Assembly: GCF_003704095.1 (NCBI RefSeq)
Contig: NW_020847681.1
Span: forward strand, 310,001 to 374,000
From: Pocillopora damicornis
Taxonomy: Eukaryota
Reading direction: 5' to 3'
Length of the DNA: 64,000 nucleotides
How positions within the stretch are numbered: position 1 is the stretch's first letter; each line of letters begins with the position of its first letter. Shown piece after piece: positions 38,351 to 51,565 of the stretch. Under the pieces are notes generated by a model that saw nothing but the letters and a program-made list of their open reading frames with translations, did no database searches and had not been told where the DNA came from. The position numbers were made by a program, and so were the translations under genes.

Positions 38351-40297
38351 CTGAAGATGAACAACAAGCTGTTACTGATGTTACCAGCCATCAGTGAGGC
38401 TAAATCCACAAGTGATTCAGATCATCAAGAGCAACTAACTGTTCTTGTTACAAGCGGAAAGCGAAGGAAATAATTGGAGAAGATCTCACTCTCTGAGAAA
38501 GATGTTGAGAAGTACTTCAAGAGATAAGAGACCTCATTATCAGCATGGACTTGTGACGGTAACGTGGAGGTGGTCCTCAAACTCTCATGCGAGGCATTGG
38601 CTCATTCCCTCCCTGTTGATGAAGGTGAACTTCTCAAGGACTTGAATAAAAACTTCATGGTTAAGAAAGAACTTAGTATGATTGTCTACAGATTTAGTTT
38701 GAACTATGGAAAGTACATGGCAATCACAGTGCTGTTCTTTTCGCTATCAATAATGTTGAATATGAGACACATCCCCCAGAAGAACTTGATAAGAACTTGG
38801 CAAGTAATTGATTAAGAACTTGTGTGAGAACTTTAAAATTATCTCACAAACTCTAAAGTGGATGATAGGGAAGTCAAGACTGAAGAAGCACTAGTGACTT
38901 CAGCAGATAAGAATAAGAAGAAACCAAAGTTAGACCCTGGGAGAGTTGCAGCTGGCTAAAGACTTACTGAATGCAACAGGAAAGTTAGAGAAGTGAACAA
39001 GCAAAACTCAGGCAAGAAGGTCACTGAAAGGAAGGTTGAAATATGGTCACCAGTGACACTTGGTCATATACTTTCAGTAGCAAGGATAGTTCTTTCGTTG
39101 GTTGGACTGTATTTCAAAAGAGAAGAGATGATGGCTCTTATTAAAAAATCCACCAATAGAAACTGAGTCAGAGACTGAAAAACTTCCTAATGCCCCTCTG
39201 CTGAGTAAAAGACTAGTCACAAGAGTAAGACCAATGGATTGAAAATTATTATCTTAAATAAAATAGCGTCTTGTAACAATAAACTCATGAAAACAGTGAC
39301 AAGTTGGAGATCAGTCACAGGAGTAGGACCAATGGATTAAAAATTGTTATCTTAAATAAGTTAATGTCTGATAATAATAAGCTCACGAAAACAGTAACTG
39401 ATGTAAAACAGAGCAGGTAGTGACTAATGAAATACAGTTATGGTGGGAATTGCAGCTGGATATGGATGGATCTTGAAGAGGGTGATCAAAAAGGTGATGA
39501 CATCTGATCTGAGTTCTAATGCCATAGACTATGTGAAGTTCACAGTGACCTTCGCAACATTCTCTTGCAATAAAACTATCAAAAATAATAAAATTTTGCC
39601 TAGTTATTAAATATGGTTAGTGGACTCATGACAGTTGCTCCAGAGTTTATGGTATTCTGCTTGATTATGGGGGGATTTTCACTTTTTATCTCAAGTGTTG
39701 TGGAAGAAGCGCAGCTCCAGTTGGAAAGAAGAAGGAAGGTTTAGATAATGTAAGTGATAATTATCAATGCAAATGCAAAAACAATACTTAGGAGGTATAA
39801 AGTGGTTAGTGGATTCGCAACAGCTTATAGGACTCTGGCGGGATTTTCATTCTTCTTGAGTGAGATGGAGTGTAACTCCAAACACTATGAATGATAAATG
39901 AAATGGTGAGCATAGCAATAATGGTTGGTGAAGCTATCATCAATGCAACTGCATTTGTTGGTGGAAGTTATCTGGCAAAATATTTCACTGGAGATCACAA
40001 TAAAGCTGATGAAGACAAGAAGCAACATGATCTTGTTGTTTTATAAGAAGTATCAAGCTAGTTGATTGGATTGCCACAAATGACAGAATCAAAGAGCAGT
40101 TGAATTAAAGTTTTGCCGGTACCACCTATCCTTTGAAGCTTTATAACAGATTTCACTAAGATCATCATCTGCTTTTGGGGGTTAAACCACAGTTTTCAGA
40201 CTTCTATAAGGCAAGAGTTCAACTAAAACCAGCTGAGATGATCTACGTTGGAGCTGCAGCTTTCACTGAGGAATTGGTTGCTAGTTATCTCTTGTAA
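38341..40297 (+). pseudogene. Cluster of ~6 tightly packed small ORFs, most with hydrophobic segments (unknown function)
   Basis: ~38341-38815 (..SEKDVEKYFKR..LLKDLNKNFMVKKEL..YGKYMAI); 38858-39242 (DPGRVAAG..ILSVARIVLSLVGLYFKRE); 39364-39610 (MSDNNKLTKTVTD..VGIAAGYGWILKRV..YVKFTV); two short MVSG../VVSG.. ORFs at ~39613 and ~39802; 39903-40297 (MVSIAIMVGEAIINATAFVGGSYLAKY..EMIYVGAAAF). Confidence 0.55.
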
Positions 40298-40311
40298 CCT
40301 ATTCTAAAAAT

Positions 40312-40775
40312 AAAAAAGAAAGCTTTAAAGAGAATCTATTATAGGCAGAAAGGTTATTGGAAAGGATTGGCTGCAGTAAAGAAATAAGCTCAAGAGGATG
40401 GAGTTTCTGAAGACATTGCCAAACTTTGGCTGATAAAGCAGGCTATGCGACAGATTTATTTGCCTGCTCTGAGGCATATCTGAAGACCTAATTTTAATGT
40501 TAATCTCCTAATTCTTTTCATTAAGAAAATCGTCTTTTCCTTTGTCATGACAAACTCTGGAGAAGGCAGAAAGACTATAAGTATGCACTGACAGTTGGTG
40601 ATATTGTAAGCAGGTACAAAGATGCTGACCCTCTGACTCCACAGGATTCTTCTGAAGTTAGTAAAGCTTCTCAGCCAACTTTTAAAAGATCTTCTGAATG
40701 GGTGAAGAGGCCTCCAGAATTTGTGTCAGCTTTGAATCATGAGGTTATTACCTGGATGGGAAAAATCCTGACTAC
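40312..40775 (+). pseudogene. Retroviral-like (rve) integrase, copy B, internally deleted
   Basis: KRIYYRQKGYWKGLAAVKK..QIYLPA..YKYALTVGDIVSRYKDADPLT..KRS|SEWVKRPPEFVSALNHEV. Confidence 0.78.
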
Positions 40776-41764
40776 AACTTTTACTACAATTATTGCACAT
40801 GGTTTACTGAAAAGTATTCGATCATTGACTTCATAAACTCATCTTGTAATGTCAGAGAAATCCCTCACTAGAAACTGAAGTCCACAAGTGTCAAAAAAAT
40901 GTTCTAAGATCATGAGTAGAAGGCTCTCAACAAAAATTTTTCAAAGCTATATTTCATGTTGTAACATAACTCTGTGCTAGGAAGCCAGCAACTATGGATC
41001 TATGGGACCAGTGTAACCAAGTAACTGAGGAGTAGAAGAGTATCTCAAGAACAGGATATTTTTTTGTCTTTTTATGTTTTATCGAGCTGCTGCAGATCTG
41101 CAGGACCACTGTAACTAAGTAGCCTGCTTTTACAACAAAACTTAGTAACTGTGGATCTACAGAACTGGCATAGCTAAGTAGCCTGCTTGCTGAATTTAGT
41201 TAATCTGGATTGTATTTACATCATCCTAAATGAATATCCTCAGAATTTTAGTCGATATTTAATCTTAAAAAAACTCATTAATTTTGGTCTCTGTTTGAAT
41301 TCAAGACATTGCATTTCAAAAACTTACATTACTCAACCTTGTGCAGTATCACGTTGATTTCGATATCTGAGATTGACCTATTTTCCAAGCTTTTTAAATG
41401 AGTTTGCTGATTGAGAGAAGCTTTGCTTCACTGAGTTAGACAGTTTTCTCATGTTTTGAAATCTTTCTCTCAAGTCTCTAGCTACAAACAGAAGCCCCAG
41501 TTGAAAGAAAAGTTAAAAAAAGGCTGAAACTAATTCACCATTTGATGACAAGAAAGAGGAAGTGATTCCACATGTATTTGATGTTGCTTGAGCTATGAAT
41601 TTAGCCCTTCCATATTTTTTCATGACTTGTCCTTTTGATCAATCTTGTTATCAAGTTCCTTCTGACAATCACAGATATTCTTCAATCAGAAATACTCTGC
41701 CCCCACCATAGGGAGGAAAGGATAGAACAGCATAGCCCTTGGGAGAACATTTTGAGCAGACATT

Positions 41765-41943
41765 TTATTTATTTCTAATTATCTCTATTTCAGACCTCAT
41801 TGGGAAACCATTGAAATCAGTGATCTCCCCAGTCTCATCAGTCATGAAAATTCTCATTTCTGGGATATGATTCCTGCATGTAATGAGAAATCATTTGCAT
41901 CAGCAATCATTGTAAGTACAACCATTTTTTTTCTCAATATTAT
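41765..41943 (-). pseudogene. Penton/minor capsid-like C-terminal fragment, copy B
   Basis: CRNHIPEMRIFMTDETGEITDFNGFPMRSEIEIIRNK*. Confidence 0.5.
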
Positions 41944-43210
41944 TCATGATGAAAATACTGCTGATAATTAATAAAGGAAATAGAGGTGTTTCAATGATCT
42001 CAAATCTATATGGGAAAGCAAATAATCCATATATGGGTGAAGATCATGATCCAAGCAAGCCAACAAAATTAATCCATCACTTATCTCGATGCGCATGATT
42101 TGTACACATGGGCAATGTCTAAGCCTCCTCCTGTTGGAGGTTTTGAGTGGATTACTGATTTTGACAACTGGAGATCAACACCTTGCATCCTCAAGGTGGA
42201 TCTTGAATATTGAAAAGAGCTTCATGATGATCATAATAACTATCCACTTGCCCCTCAGAGGTTGCTGGTGAATAGAGTTGAAAAGCTTGTGCCAAACCTG
42301 TATGATAAGGAGAGATACATAGTTCCTTATAAGAACTTCAAGCAGTATCTTGTTCAGAGTTTGAAGATGCAAAAGAGTCACAGAGAAAAAAGTTTCAAAG
42401 AAAAGTCTTGGTTGAAGAAATGTATTGGGCTCAACACGAATACCTCTGCAAAAGCAAAGATTGAATTCAAGAATGATTTCTCCAAGTTGAGGAGTAACTT
42501 TGCCATTGGAAAGACTTGGAAAACATCAGAAATTGCATGGATCTGAGTTTAGTCAACAATCGCAAATTAGTTATTACACTTGCAGCAAAGCCAAATTTTA
42601 AGCATTGCATAATGTTTGTTTTAAACCTTGTCAAAATCCATACAAAGAAGACAAAACTTGTGTTTGATGAGCCGGTATATTGCAGAATGAGTATCCTGAT
42701 ATCAGCAAGAGCTTTATATATAATTTCCAATACAACTACATTGAACCAAAATATGGAGATGGTGCAAAGCTTCTCTTCACAGACATTGATAGCCTTTGCT
42801 ATTAGATCAAAACTGAAGACTTCTTCAAGGATATAGGCAGTAATGTTGAAGATAAGTTTGATGCAAGTAACTACCCCATAGATCACTGCTCTGGCATTCC
42901 AAGTGGCTGCAACAAGAAAGTGGTGGGAATGATGAAATATGAAGCTGTGGAAAGATCATCATAGAGTTCATTGGATTGAGGCCGAAACTTTACATTTACA
43001 AAATGCATGAGGGAAAGGAAGAGTGCAAAGGAGTGAAGAAGAATGCAATAAAGAAGATAACAGAACACCAACATTTCAAAGTGTCTTTTCACTGGAAACC
43101 CACAAATGAATGAGAGGAATGTGATTTGAAGCCGTAAACATGAAATATTTACTTACGCTAACCCCAACAAGATATCTGAGTGCAAATGATGACAAAAGAG
43201 TCTTTCAATA
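41944..43210 (+). pseudogene. PolB C-terminal half, copy C (reaches the natural C-terminus)
   Basis: YLDAHDLYTWAMS; VEKLVPNLYDKERYIV; KLRSNFAIGKT (motif B); LSANDDKRV. Confidence 0.85.
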
Positions 43211-43726
43211 CGATAAGAAAAAGTGCATTTATAGTTCCATAACTTTTGAAATATTTTACTCTGCATCAAATGCATGCTCGAGATATATGATAATGAAAAT
43301 TTTAGTTAACAACTGCATTGCCAAGTGGAAATTGGGTGCTTGAAACATTCAGGAGCTTTCACTATCAGCAGGCAGCTCCTAGATGGAGACTTCTCTCATG
43401 GCTAGCAATTCTTGGTAACCCAGCCATGAGCCCCACACTGGGAAGGGAAACAGGCACCCATCACACTAAATAAACAGTGGAAAGAGGGAGGGAATGGGTG
43501 GGGAAAACTGCCTGGATGATGAGCTGGCATTCCTCAAAATGCTGCAAGTTCTCACACAAAGCACATGTTAGAATGCCTCAAATGAAGAGCACATGGAATT
43601 CAGATTCATGCACATTTGCAAATAACCGCTAACTTCGTTAACTCTGTTAAATTGCATTTAACTGCTTTCAACAACTGCATCGCAAATTGAAGGTTGGGTG
43701 CCTTAAACATTTGTGAATGCCAATGT

Positions 43727-43850
43727 GTAATAATGATAATAATAACAATAACAATAGTAATAATAATAATGTAATAATAATAATAATAAATTTAAGACTT
43801 GTATAGCGCAAAATTCATTATAAGTATGTGATCTAATGCACTTTACAATA
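43727..43850 (-). repeat. (AAT)n microsatellite with adjoining L2-like LINE 3' tail
   Basis: taataat.. run followed by cttgtatagcgc..gatc..ctttacaat, the typical L2 3' stem-loop plus simple-repeat tail read on the minus strand. Confidence 0.5.
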
Positions 43851-45169
43851 AATTAAAAAAATATCTAAAGAAACCACAGGAAATATGATAGATTACAAGA
43901 TGAGAACAAATTTATTTAACAATAAATTAAAAAGTGATAAAAAATCTATATATACATGATATATATATATATATAATCTATAGTACATAGTCTAAAAATG
44001 TTCACACAATTAATGTAAAGTAATACTGAAGCACGGGTGTTCGTGGAGTGGCTTTACATGGCAGCCAAAATGTGAGGTAATGACTTGCCTAACACTTAGG
44101 AAAAGGCTTGACTGAGATCCTGAGCAGAGAGCACAAAAGAAGGAGAGGTGGCTGCTAGAGCCGAGGCAACTGAGATTTTAGGTAAGGATGGAGGAGGATC
44201 CATAGAGGATGGGACCAGAGTAATTACTTTTGACAATTCCAGAATGGCAGCAACACTGTTATTTGTCAAATGCAACAAAAGCTGATCCATATGAATGAAA
44301 GCAATAAACCACCAGGAAAACAAATGAAAGATAACAGTTCTTATGCCTTTGGAGAAAGAAATAGACCAAGAAAAACAAAAACTGTCTGGATGATGAGCAG
44401 GCAATCCTCACAATGCTGCAAGTTTACACTCAAAGCACACGCAAGAATGCCTCGAAGGAAGAGCACATGGAATTCAGAGGCATGTGCATATGCCAATAAC
44501 TGCTGACTACAAGAGAATGCTGGTGCTCTTTGTTGTTAACTCCAATAAATTGCATTTAACTGCATTAAAAAGTGATGTCAAAATTCTAACACAATCCAAT
44601 CTGTCTGACAAGATACACCTTTTTAATTCCTGTCATGTGGCATACTAAATGATGTTGTTTAAATAATTTCAAGGGAACAAGGATGGAGCAAACTCGGGCA
44701 ACTTTGATGCCCACTTGGGTAAAGGGACCAAAATCAAAAAGGTTTGAGGACTAGTAGTTGAGTGCCACCCTCCAGAAGGATGATTTATTTGGAAAGGTTT
44801 TCTTCATGGACTCCAAAAGGTACATGGATTTTCTAGATTTTCATGAATTAAGTTTAGATTACAATCCGACTTTGCACTCCTCATTGTGGTGGTGATTTGG
44901 TTTCTTTGTAATTGGTAACAGGACTAATCCTTGTCATTTTGAGATCTTTTAGCTTCCCTTCCATAAGTGTGGAAGTCATCCATTTATTCTGAGGCGACAT
45001 ACTTTCTTTGTTGATTATGGGACATATAGATCACAGACAACAAGAAAAATTGATTTATAGCTGTTCCAGGCTGAATGGACATTGAACCTTGATAATACCA
45101 AAACTTAGGAGGCTTTCTTGAGGTCTTTGTCGAAAGCTTCTCTGTCATACTTGGACATGGGTTGAAGTT

Positions 45170-47720
45170 TGACATTCATTAATTCATAAATACATAGCAG
45201 TTTGAAAACTGAAATGTGTGTGTTTACATAACAAAAATTAATTTATACAAATCTAATCATTAACTAATCTATCTTAAATAAAAGGATGAAATAAAGCTAG
45301 TAGGAGATAAGCTACTAAAAAAAGCTATCATAATACCTGCTGCAAAATTCAAAAACCCTAAACTATAAATTGGTTGCTTTGAGACATGAAGAGACAATGA
45401 AGCTATTCTTAAAGTACTCACTTTTAAAACATGGCATGTTAAAAGGTCACGTACATCTTAATGAATAAGTAGTTTAGTGTGGTACAAGTAATAACTTATA
45501 AGGGCAGTCATTGTGGTAAAACGTATCTCTCATATTTCATCAGTTTATGTTGCTAGTTCCTTAAAGCCTATAATAACAAGAGCTTTATAATAGCTAACAC
45601 CAAGGCAGATGATGGAGATTACTCTCTTCTGCTGACGTTCCAGTTCTTGCATTAAATATTTAGGCTAACTATAGTGAAAGGCTGGTTCTGCATAGTCCAT
45701 AATTAATATAAAACAACTAGAGTAGAAGAGCCCTTAGCTCTCTTAAGTTGTACCAAAAAATATAATCTCTTGGAGGCCTTCTTAACAATTTCATTTATAT
45801 GAATTTCCCAGGTCAAATCACTGGAAATATTGAGACCCAATAATTTAACACTGTCAACAACTTCTATGACATCACTGTAAATGCAAATAAGCTCAGATTC
45901 TTGCTGGGATTTTGCAAAGGAAAATTGCATTTCTTGACCATTATCAGTGTTCAGTTGGTCACTCTTTTCTAATGACCATTGTACTACTCTATCTGTAGAC
46001 CCAATAATTTAACACTGTTTACAACTTCTAACTGTCACTTTTAATGAGAATAAGCTCAGATTCTAGTTGGGATTTTGCAAAGGATATTTGCATTACTTTA
46101 CCCCTATCAGAGTTCAGCTGATCACTCTTTTCTAATGACCATTGTACTACTCTATCTGTTGTACAATGGTTGACAACTTTGTTATTGCGCCATACTGGTT
46201 TGTATCAAGATCTTTAAGTACAGCAGGCTTGTTGTAATCAGCTTTGATGAACTTTTAAGCGAATTTAGAGTGTTTTTTTCTTTGGAAGTGGTGTGTTGTC
46301 AGCAAATTTCCATGATGTAGGTAGGCATTGCCCCTTAAACAATGCATTGAGAATTCTGCATACTAGAAAGGCAATGAGGTTGGCATATTCTTGCAGAAGC
46401 CAATTTGGAATCTTGTCTGGGCCAACCAATTTAGGGGGATTGAGATTTCATAGAACTTTTCATACGCGTTACTCCGATACTTCTATAAACTCAGGGGAGT
46501 CTTTTTCTAATGCAAGGTGAGTGATGGTGCAAGACAGGTGATGCTCTTTGAGAGGCTCAAGGAATGCTTTATTCATAGCGTTTGCCATTTCTTGTGATGG
46601 ACGTGATTGCTTGAGCAAACTTTCCCATGGCATAATCTTTTCATCTCCCTCCTCAATCAATCAATTAATCATTTTATTTAGTGATGCAGGTTACAAAAGT
46701 GACAACCATGAGGCTGATGTTTATGTACAATTAACTAATAAAATGTGAAATAACTGACAAAATAATTTGGAAAATCACTCTATGGTATTTGAACAAGGTA
46801 CAAGTCAATAAAACGAGGTTCATTGACAAATAAAAGTTAAAAACTAATCTAGAAATTTACATACAGTAAAATAATACTTGAAAATGTACAAAATCTCGGT
46901 ATTTCATAGCTATCATGGGTGCTTCAAATGAGAAGCTATTCATGTTTTGTGTGAGCCTACGTAAAATGTTGTGGGCTTTAGGATCGTGAAAATGTTCCAG
47001 GCTTTAGGGTCTTCCTTCTTTTTTGCGCTACTTGTGATTTGTAAAACTTTGCTCCACTAAGCTCTCTTTCTGAATTAACCTGATTTCTATAAAATTTGTA
47101 TGGTATGGAGTCTGCGCCATTATTGTGGAAAGCCTGTTACCTTTTCTGGATTAGATCTTTCAAGTGCTTCATCATCCAAGGAACATGTGTGTTCATGAGA
47201 ACTTTTCTAACAGGCATCAGAAGGTCAAGGCCTGTGTATATAACTTGTTCAAAAACACAGAGTAACTCACTGCAGGTTTTAAAGGAGCTGAGTAACAGAG
47301 GCCAATCAAATGAGCATAGATATCTTCCCGTTTCTGCTTTTTGGCTGGGTTGTAGATCACGTTTAAAATTGAACTTGTCAGGGGCAGTACCCACTTTTCT
47401 CATCTGAGACCAGACAGTTATGGTATTGTGATCAGATAGAGCAAAGGGTGGAAAGGTCAGCAGTTTGTTGTTGTGATTGTGCAAGTTAGTTAACACTAGG
47501 TCCAAAATAGTGTCCTTCCGGGTTGGTGTTTTCATGATTTCCTTTGATGAAAATGCCTTCTAAGCTGCATGACTTCAAGGTGGTTAAAATTGCTAGCTAT
47601 AATAAGTGGACAGTTTATGTAAATAGATTCTGCCATCGCTAGAGAGTTAAAAAAATGCTCACAGTTGTTGACATCTGCTTCAGCGGGATGATATCAGACA
47701 GCTGCTATCAGACAAGAGAA
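45170..47720 (-). mobile_element. Degraded CR1/L2-group LINE (APE endonuclease to RT C-terminus)
   Basis: PTRKDTILDLVLTN..SDHNTI; KLLGLNISSDLTWEIHINEIVKKASKRLYFL. Internal ~165-bp duplication at 45830-46160. Confidence 0.8.
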
Positions 47721-48549
47721 TCCTCTCGGGAGTGTCACTAAGGATAAAAAAGCAAGAGCCTGAAGGCAAGTGGCCATCGTTGCTAGCAGCATCATGACAC
47801 TCTTCATTGTTGGTGCCAACATCTTAAAGACTTGATTGATAGGACTTCATGTAGCCCTCTTGAAGTCTTTACATTTCTTGTTTTTCCTGCTGAACTGCTG
47901 ATATTACTGGCAGATTACTATTCAGAAAATGGGATACTTTTGTCCTGTTCTGCTCTGGTGATCAAACTTTACAATAGAGAATGGGGTCAGAAGTAGATTA
48001 TGATTTTTCTAAGTTGTTTTGGGAAAAAAAAAGGAGATGCATGCTTGTGCAGTTCAAAAAGGCATAGCAGTTCCCAATCTTGCTTTTCATAATAATGATG
48101 ATAATAATGATCCCTTAATATCTAACCAATATTAATTGATTACAACTACAGCAAATTTAGGAATATATATTGAATAAGTAAGATATGGTTTACAAAAGTT
48201 GAAGAACTAAAGATTTACTATGTTAAATGACAAGAATTGTCCTTAAAAAAGAGGATAATAGGTACAATAATATATTAAGGAAATAATAATTACTGTCTGT
48301 ACCTGGCTGTATCCTGAAGCATTTTCTTTGTCTTCTTAGAAAATAAACTTGAGTCATTGCAGTTCCATAAAGAAATGGACAGGCTATTAATCATTGATCT
48401 CTGAAGCTGGGTAACTGCAGTGGAATGCTTTGCTATTTGCATTTCTATATATGCTTAGTTTTATATATCGTGACAATATGTCTCACCATAGACATTACAT
48501 TCCTCCCTTCCTCTAGTTAAGAGAAGTTAGTACAATATCTGAAAATGTC

Positions 48550-49110
48550 AAGTAACTAACAACAACAGGAGGGTCTTGGGACTTATTGACTAAGGAAGAA
48601 CATGAGACAATTGTTATCTCAAACAGATGTCACTATTGTGAAGCAAGATGTCATTGAAATCTGAATATTAGCCAAACACGGTTCTTAAGTTGATGTAAGA
48701 TTCTGTGCTGAGTGCATTGAAGAATGTTCATTAATAATAAAATTCTTGTAACCACTGTTCATAATCAGTGATGAAAACCACTTTAAAAACAACCAACTAA
48801 GCCCTTCAGGCTTCTTGATTGAGTCTTTGGAGAGGCCTGGAAATCATGGGCCCATTTTAAAGAACAGTAACTTGTGTCAATCACAGAGGCTGATACTTTA
48901 GAAGTGGTTAAATGGCTAAAATATAATGCAACATCGACTATGAAACCTGGGAATACAACTAACTTATGATCACTTGTGAACTTAACCCAATGATTTAACG
49001 AGCTTGTGTAATTGATGATTGTTCCACAAGCCTTTGAAGAGAGGGCTGTTTGCTGGATTTCAATTGGTCTTGAATTTCTTTCCATGGGCCTTGACTGAAA
49101 ATGTTTAGAC
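48550..49110 (-). mobile_element. Tyrosine-recombinase retroelement (DIRS/Ngaro-like) fragment
   Basis: SSKACGTIINYTSSLNHWVKF..VALYFSHL..YCSLKWAH resembles the YR N-terminal SAM-like domain. Confidence 0.55.
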
Positions 49111-49749
49111 CTGTAAGAAAAAGAAAAGAAACACTGTGCATAATGTAATATGGCATTACATGTGTCAGTAAAGCTAATAACTGTTGCCTGATATTATATC
49201 ATTGTTGAGATATCACATACAAGCACTTTGTGACATAAAATGCTTCATCTCCTGACCTGTTTATCTTTTCACCTGTGAACTCCAGTCCTTCTTGTCACAT
49301 GAAAACAAGTTGCACCTTTCTAACAAAATAATGTAGTAAAAAGTCCTCATACAAATCACCTCCTGTGGGCTTCTTGCTTTATTACTGCTTTTGGGAAAGG
49401 ATTTCACCACACTTACTCGGTGTATGTATTAAAACTTGTTTAGCCTTTTGTACAACATTAACACAAACCCTTTGCTAACAAAAAAATCCCCTATTGCTGT
49501 TGCCTTTGTGTACAGACTGTCAGTCTGTATACAGTGCTATGAGTTTAAATCTAGCCTTAAGGGTGAAATAAAGAAATGTGACTTTTGCCCTTAGTTGTAG
49601 CAGCTGAGTAAATTTCTAGGACTCCAACCCAGATTACTGTGCACTTACATGTACTTACCTATGGCTTCTACACATGGTAGTGTAAGGGTTAAACTTTGAC
49701 ACAGGTCTTACATATGACTTCTCCATCACCAGGAAATAAATAAATTAAT

Positions 49750-50100
49750 TAACTTAAATGGCCATCACAATCACTGAGTCATGTTGGTCACAGCTGTGAA
49801 TTTGATAATTCTGCAGAGCAATCTCACCATCCTTCCAGTTAGAATTAAGCTAGTTTTCATTCATGGCAAAGAAATCAAGGTTGTTTAGGCATGTGAGTAA
49901 TTGTACCTCTTCAAGACGGCAAGGAAGAGATCTGACATTTGGGTGACAAACTCTAAGACCCTTTGATTTCATTGAGAAGGTGGGATGCAAATTGTTTGAG
50001 ATTGTAGAATTTTCATTTGCATTAACAAAACCCTTCAGAAGACCAGGGTTTGAAGAAACATTGCCCTCCAGAGCAATAAGTTCAATATTAAATGCTGCAC
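49750..50100 (-). mobile_element. LINE ORF2 5' fragment (2A-like remnant plus start of APE endonuclease)
   Basis: LIALEGNVSSNPGL followed by KGLRVCHPNVRSL. Confidence 0.5.
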
Positions 50101-50519
50101 AATAATTGCTTTAATAGTTAACTGTGGTGCAACCACATAGCATTCTCTTGAAGGAGCCTTGGCAGCATCCATTAAACTTTAGACATGCAGAAGTATATTT
50201 GAGAAAACCACTTTCAAGTTGCACTTTACAGTCATTTTGTGATTTCACCTCAGTACCATTAAAGCTTATTATACCAACTTACAGTTTCCTGTAGGCAAAT
50301 CAGCATGACCAAAGAGTTAACTTGGCTGTGGACAACATTAGGTTGATTCAGTCTAAAGATGTCCAAGAGTCAAGAATAACTAAGTTGTACAACTATTTTG
50401 AAAACAGAACAATTGACCAAAATCAATTGAAGTCTTGACGTAACTTTTCCTTAAGAAGCCATCAGCTTGAGAATAAAGGAAAAATACAAGTTCTCTAATA
50501 ATTTTGTGTGAGGGGTGAC

Positions 50520-51565
50520 TGGCCATTATACTGTGTGACACAACTCAGCTTGGGAATCGCTGTTTTTTGCACCAGTTGAATGTACCTTATCAACCTCTGG
50601 AAATCTGGAATAATAATCATTCATCACGAGAACATAGTGTCCAGCCACCTCACAGAAGTTAATGCTTAGTTGCTGCCAAGGTCCACTGGTTAAGGGCTTG
50701 GGTGTAGGAACTTGGCCAACGTTTCTTTGCAGTTGTATCCACAACATGACCAGACCCTTTAATGCAACTGACTACAGGTCTTAACCTAGCCTTAATAGCT
50801 TTCATGAGTTAAATTGACCACATGGTTCTGGAGGACATTAGGAATCACAACGCTGTTTCCACAGAGCAAGATTTTGCCATCCTCTGAGGTGAATTAACTA
50901 CGGACATTAGCAACAATCTTGACAGTACAAGTTTCAACTCCTGATTCTGACTTCAGGCTATCCAAGCAGGAACATGTAAAAATGATGACAACCCCATGTA
51001 GGGGCCAACGCTTCATACACAATGTGGGAATAGTGCCTCTCCACACTTAAAAGGGACTTACCAGCATAGGAGATTACTTTGCCCTTGTAGGTCAGCAAAG
51101 GAGCCAATCCAACTGGACTGGCATATTCGTGTACGAGCAAGATGATTTTTGTGCCTGGATCAAACTAATCAATGACATCATCAGAGGTGAGACTTCACTT
51201 GAGGTTGTCCAAGGCTTGTTTAATAGCCTTTTCCTTCTTGAATTCCTCTCCTTTGTGAGTGATCTCGTGCAAAGGGGCAACAATGTCTGTATAATCACAA
51301 ATGAAACAGGACACATTATTGGTCATACAAAGCAGTTACAAACATCACTCGCACAGGTTGGGGATCTGGATGGCTTCTATCTTGGCAGGGTCTGGCAATA
51401 TTCTTTGATCACTAAAGATCATTCCAAAGAATTCAATGGGAAGTAGGTATGTAGAATTCATAAATTAAAGACAACTTACTAGCAAGTTGAACTTTGATGG
51501 AATTCCTAAGAGTCAGCAAACTGCACAAAGTGATCACATGTACTTGGGAACCCGAGCACTTCTGC
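50520..51565 (-). mobile_element. Degraded Gypsy pol fragment (RT/RNase H/integrase)
   Basis: YASPVGL..VISYAGKSLLSVERHYSHIVYEALA; GPWQQLSINF..VLVMNDYYSRFPEV. Confidence 0.8.

Larger units (their letters stand above)
30229..43210 (+). mobile_element. Pseudogenised Maverick/Polinton (adintovirus-like) endogenous element, tandemly repeated
   Basis: Contains protein-primed PolB, packaging ATPase, retroviral-like integrase and a penton-like fragment. Segments 33145-37770 and 40098-43130 are paralogous. Confidence 0.85.
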
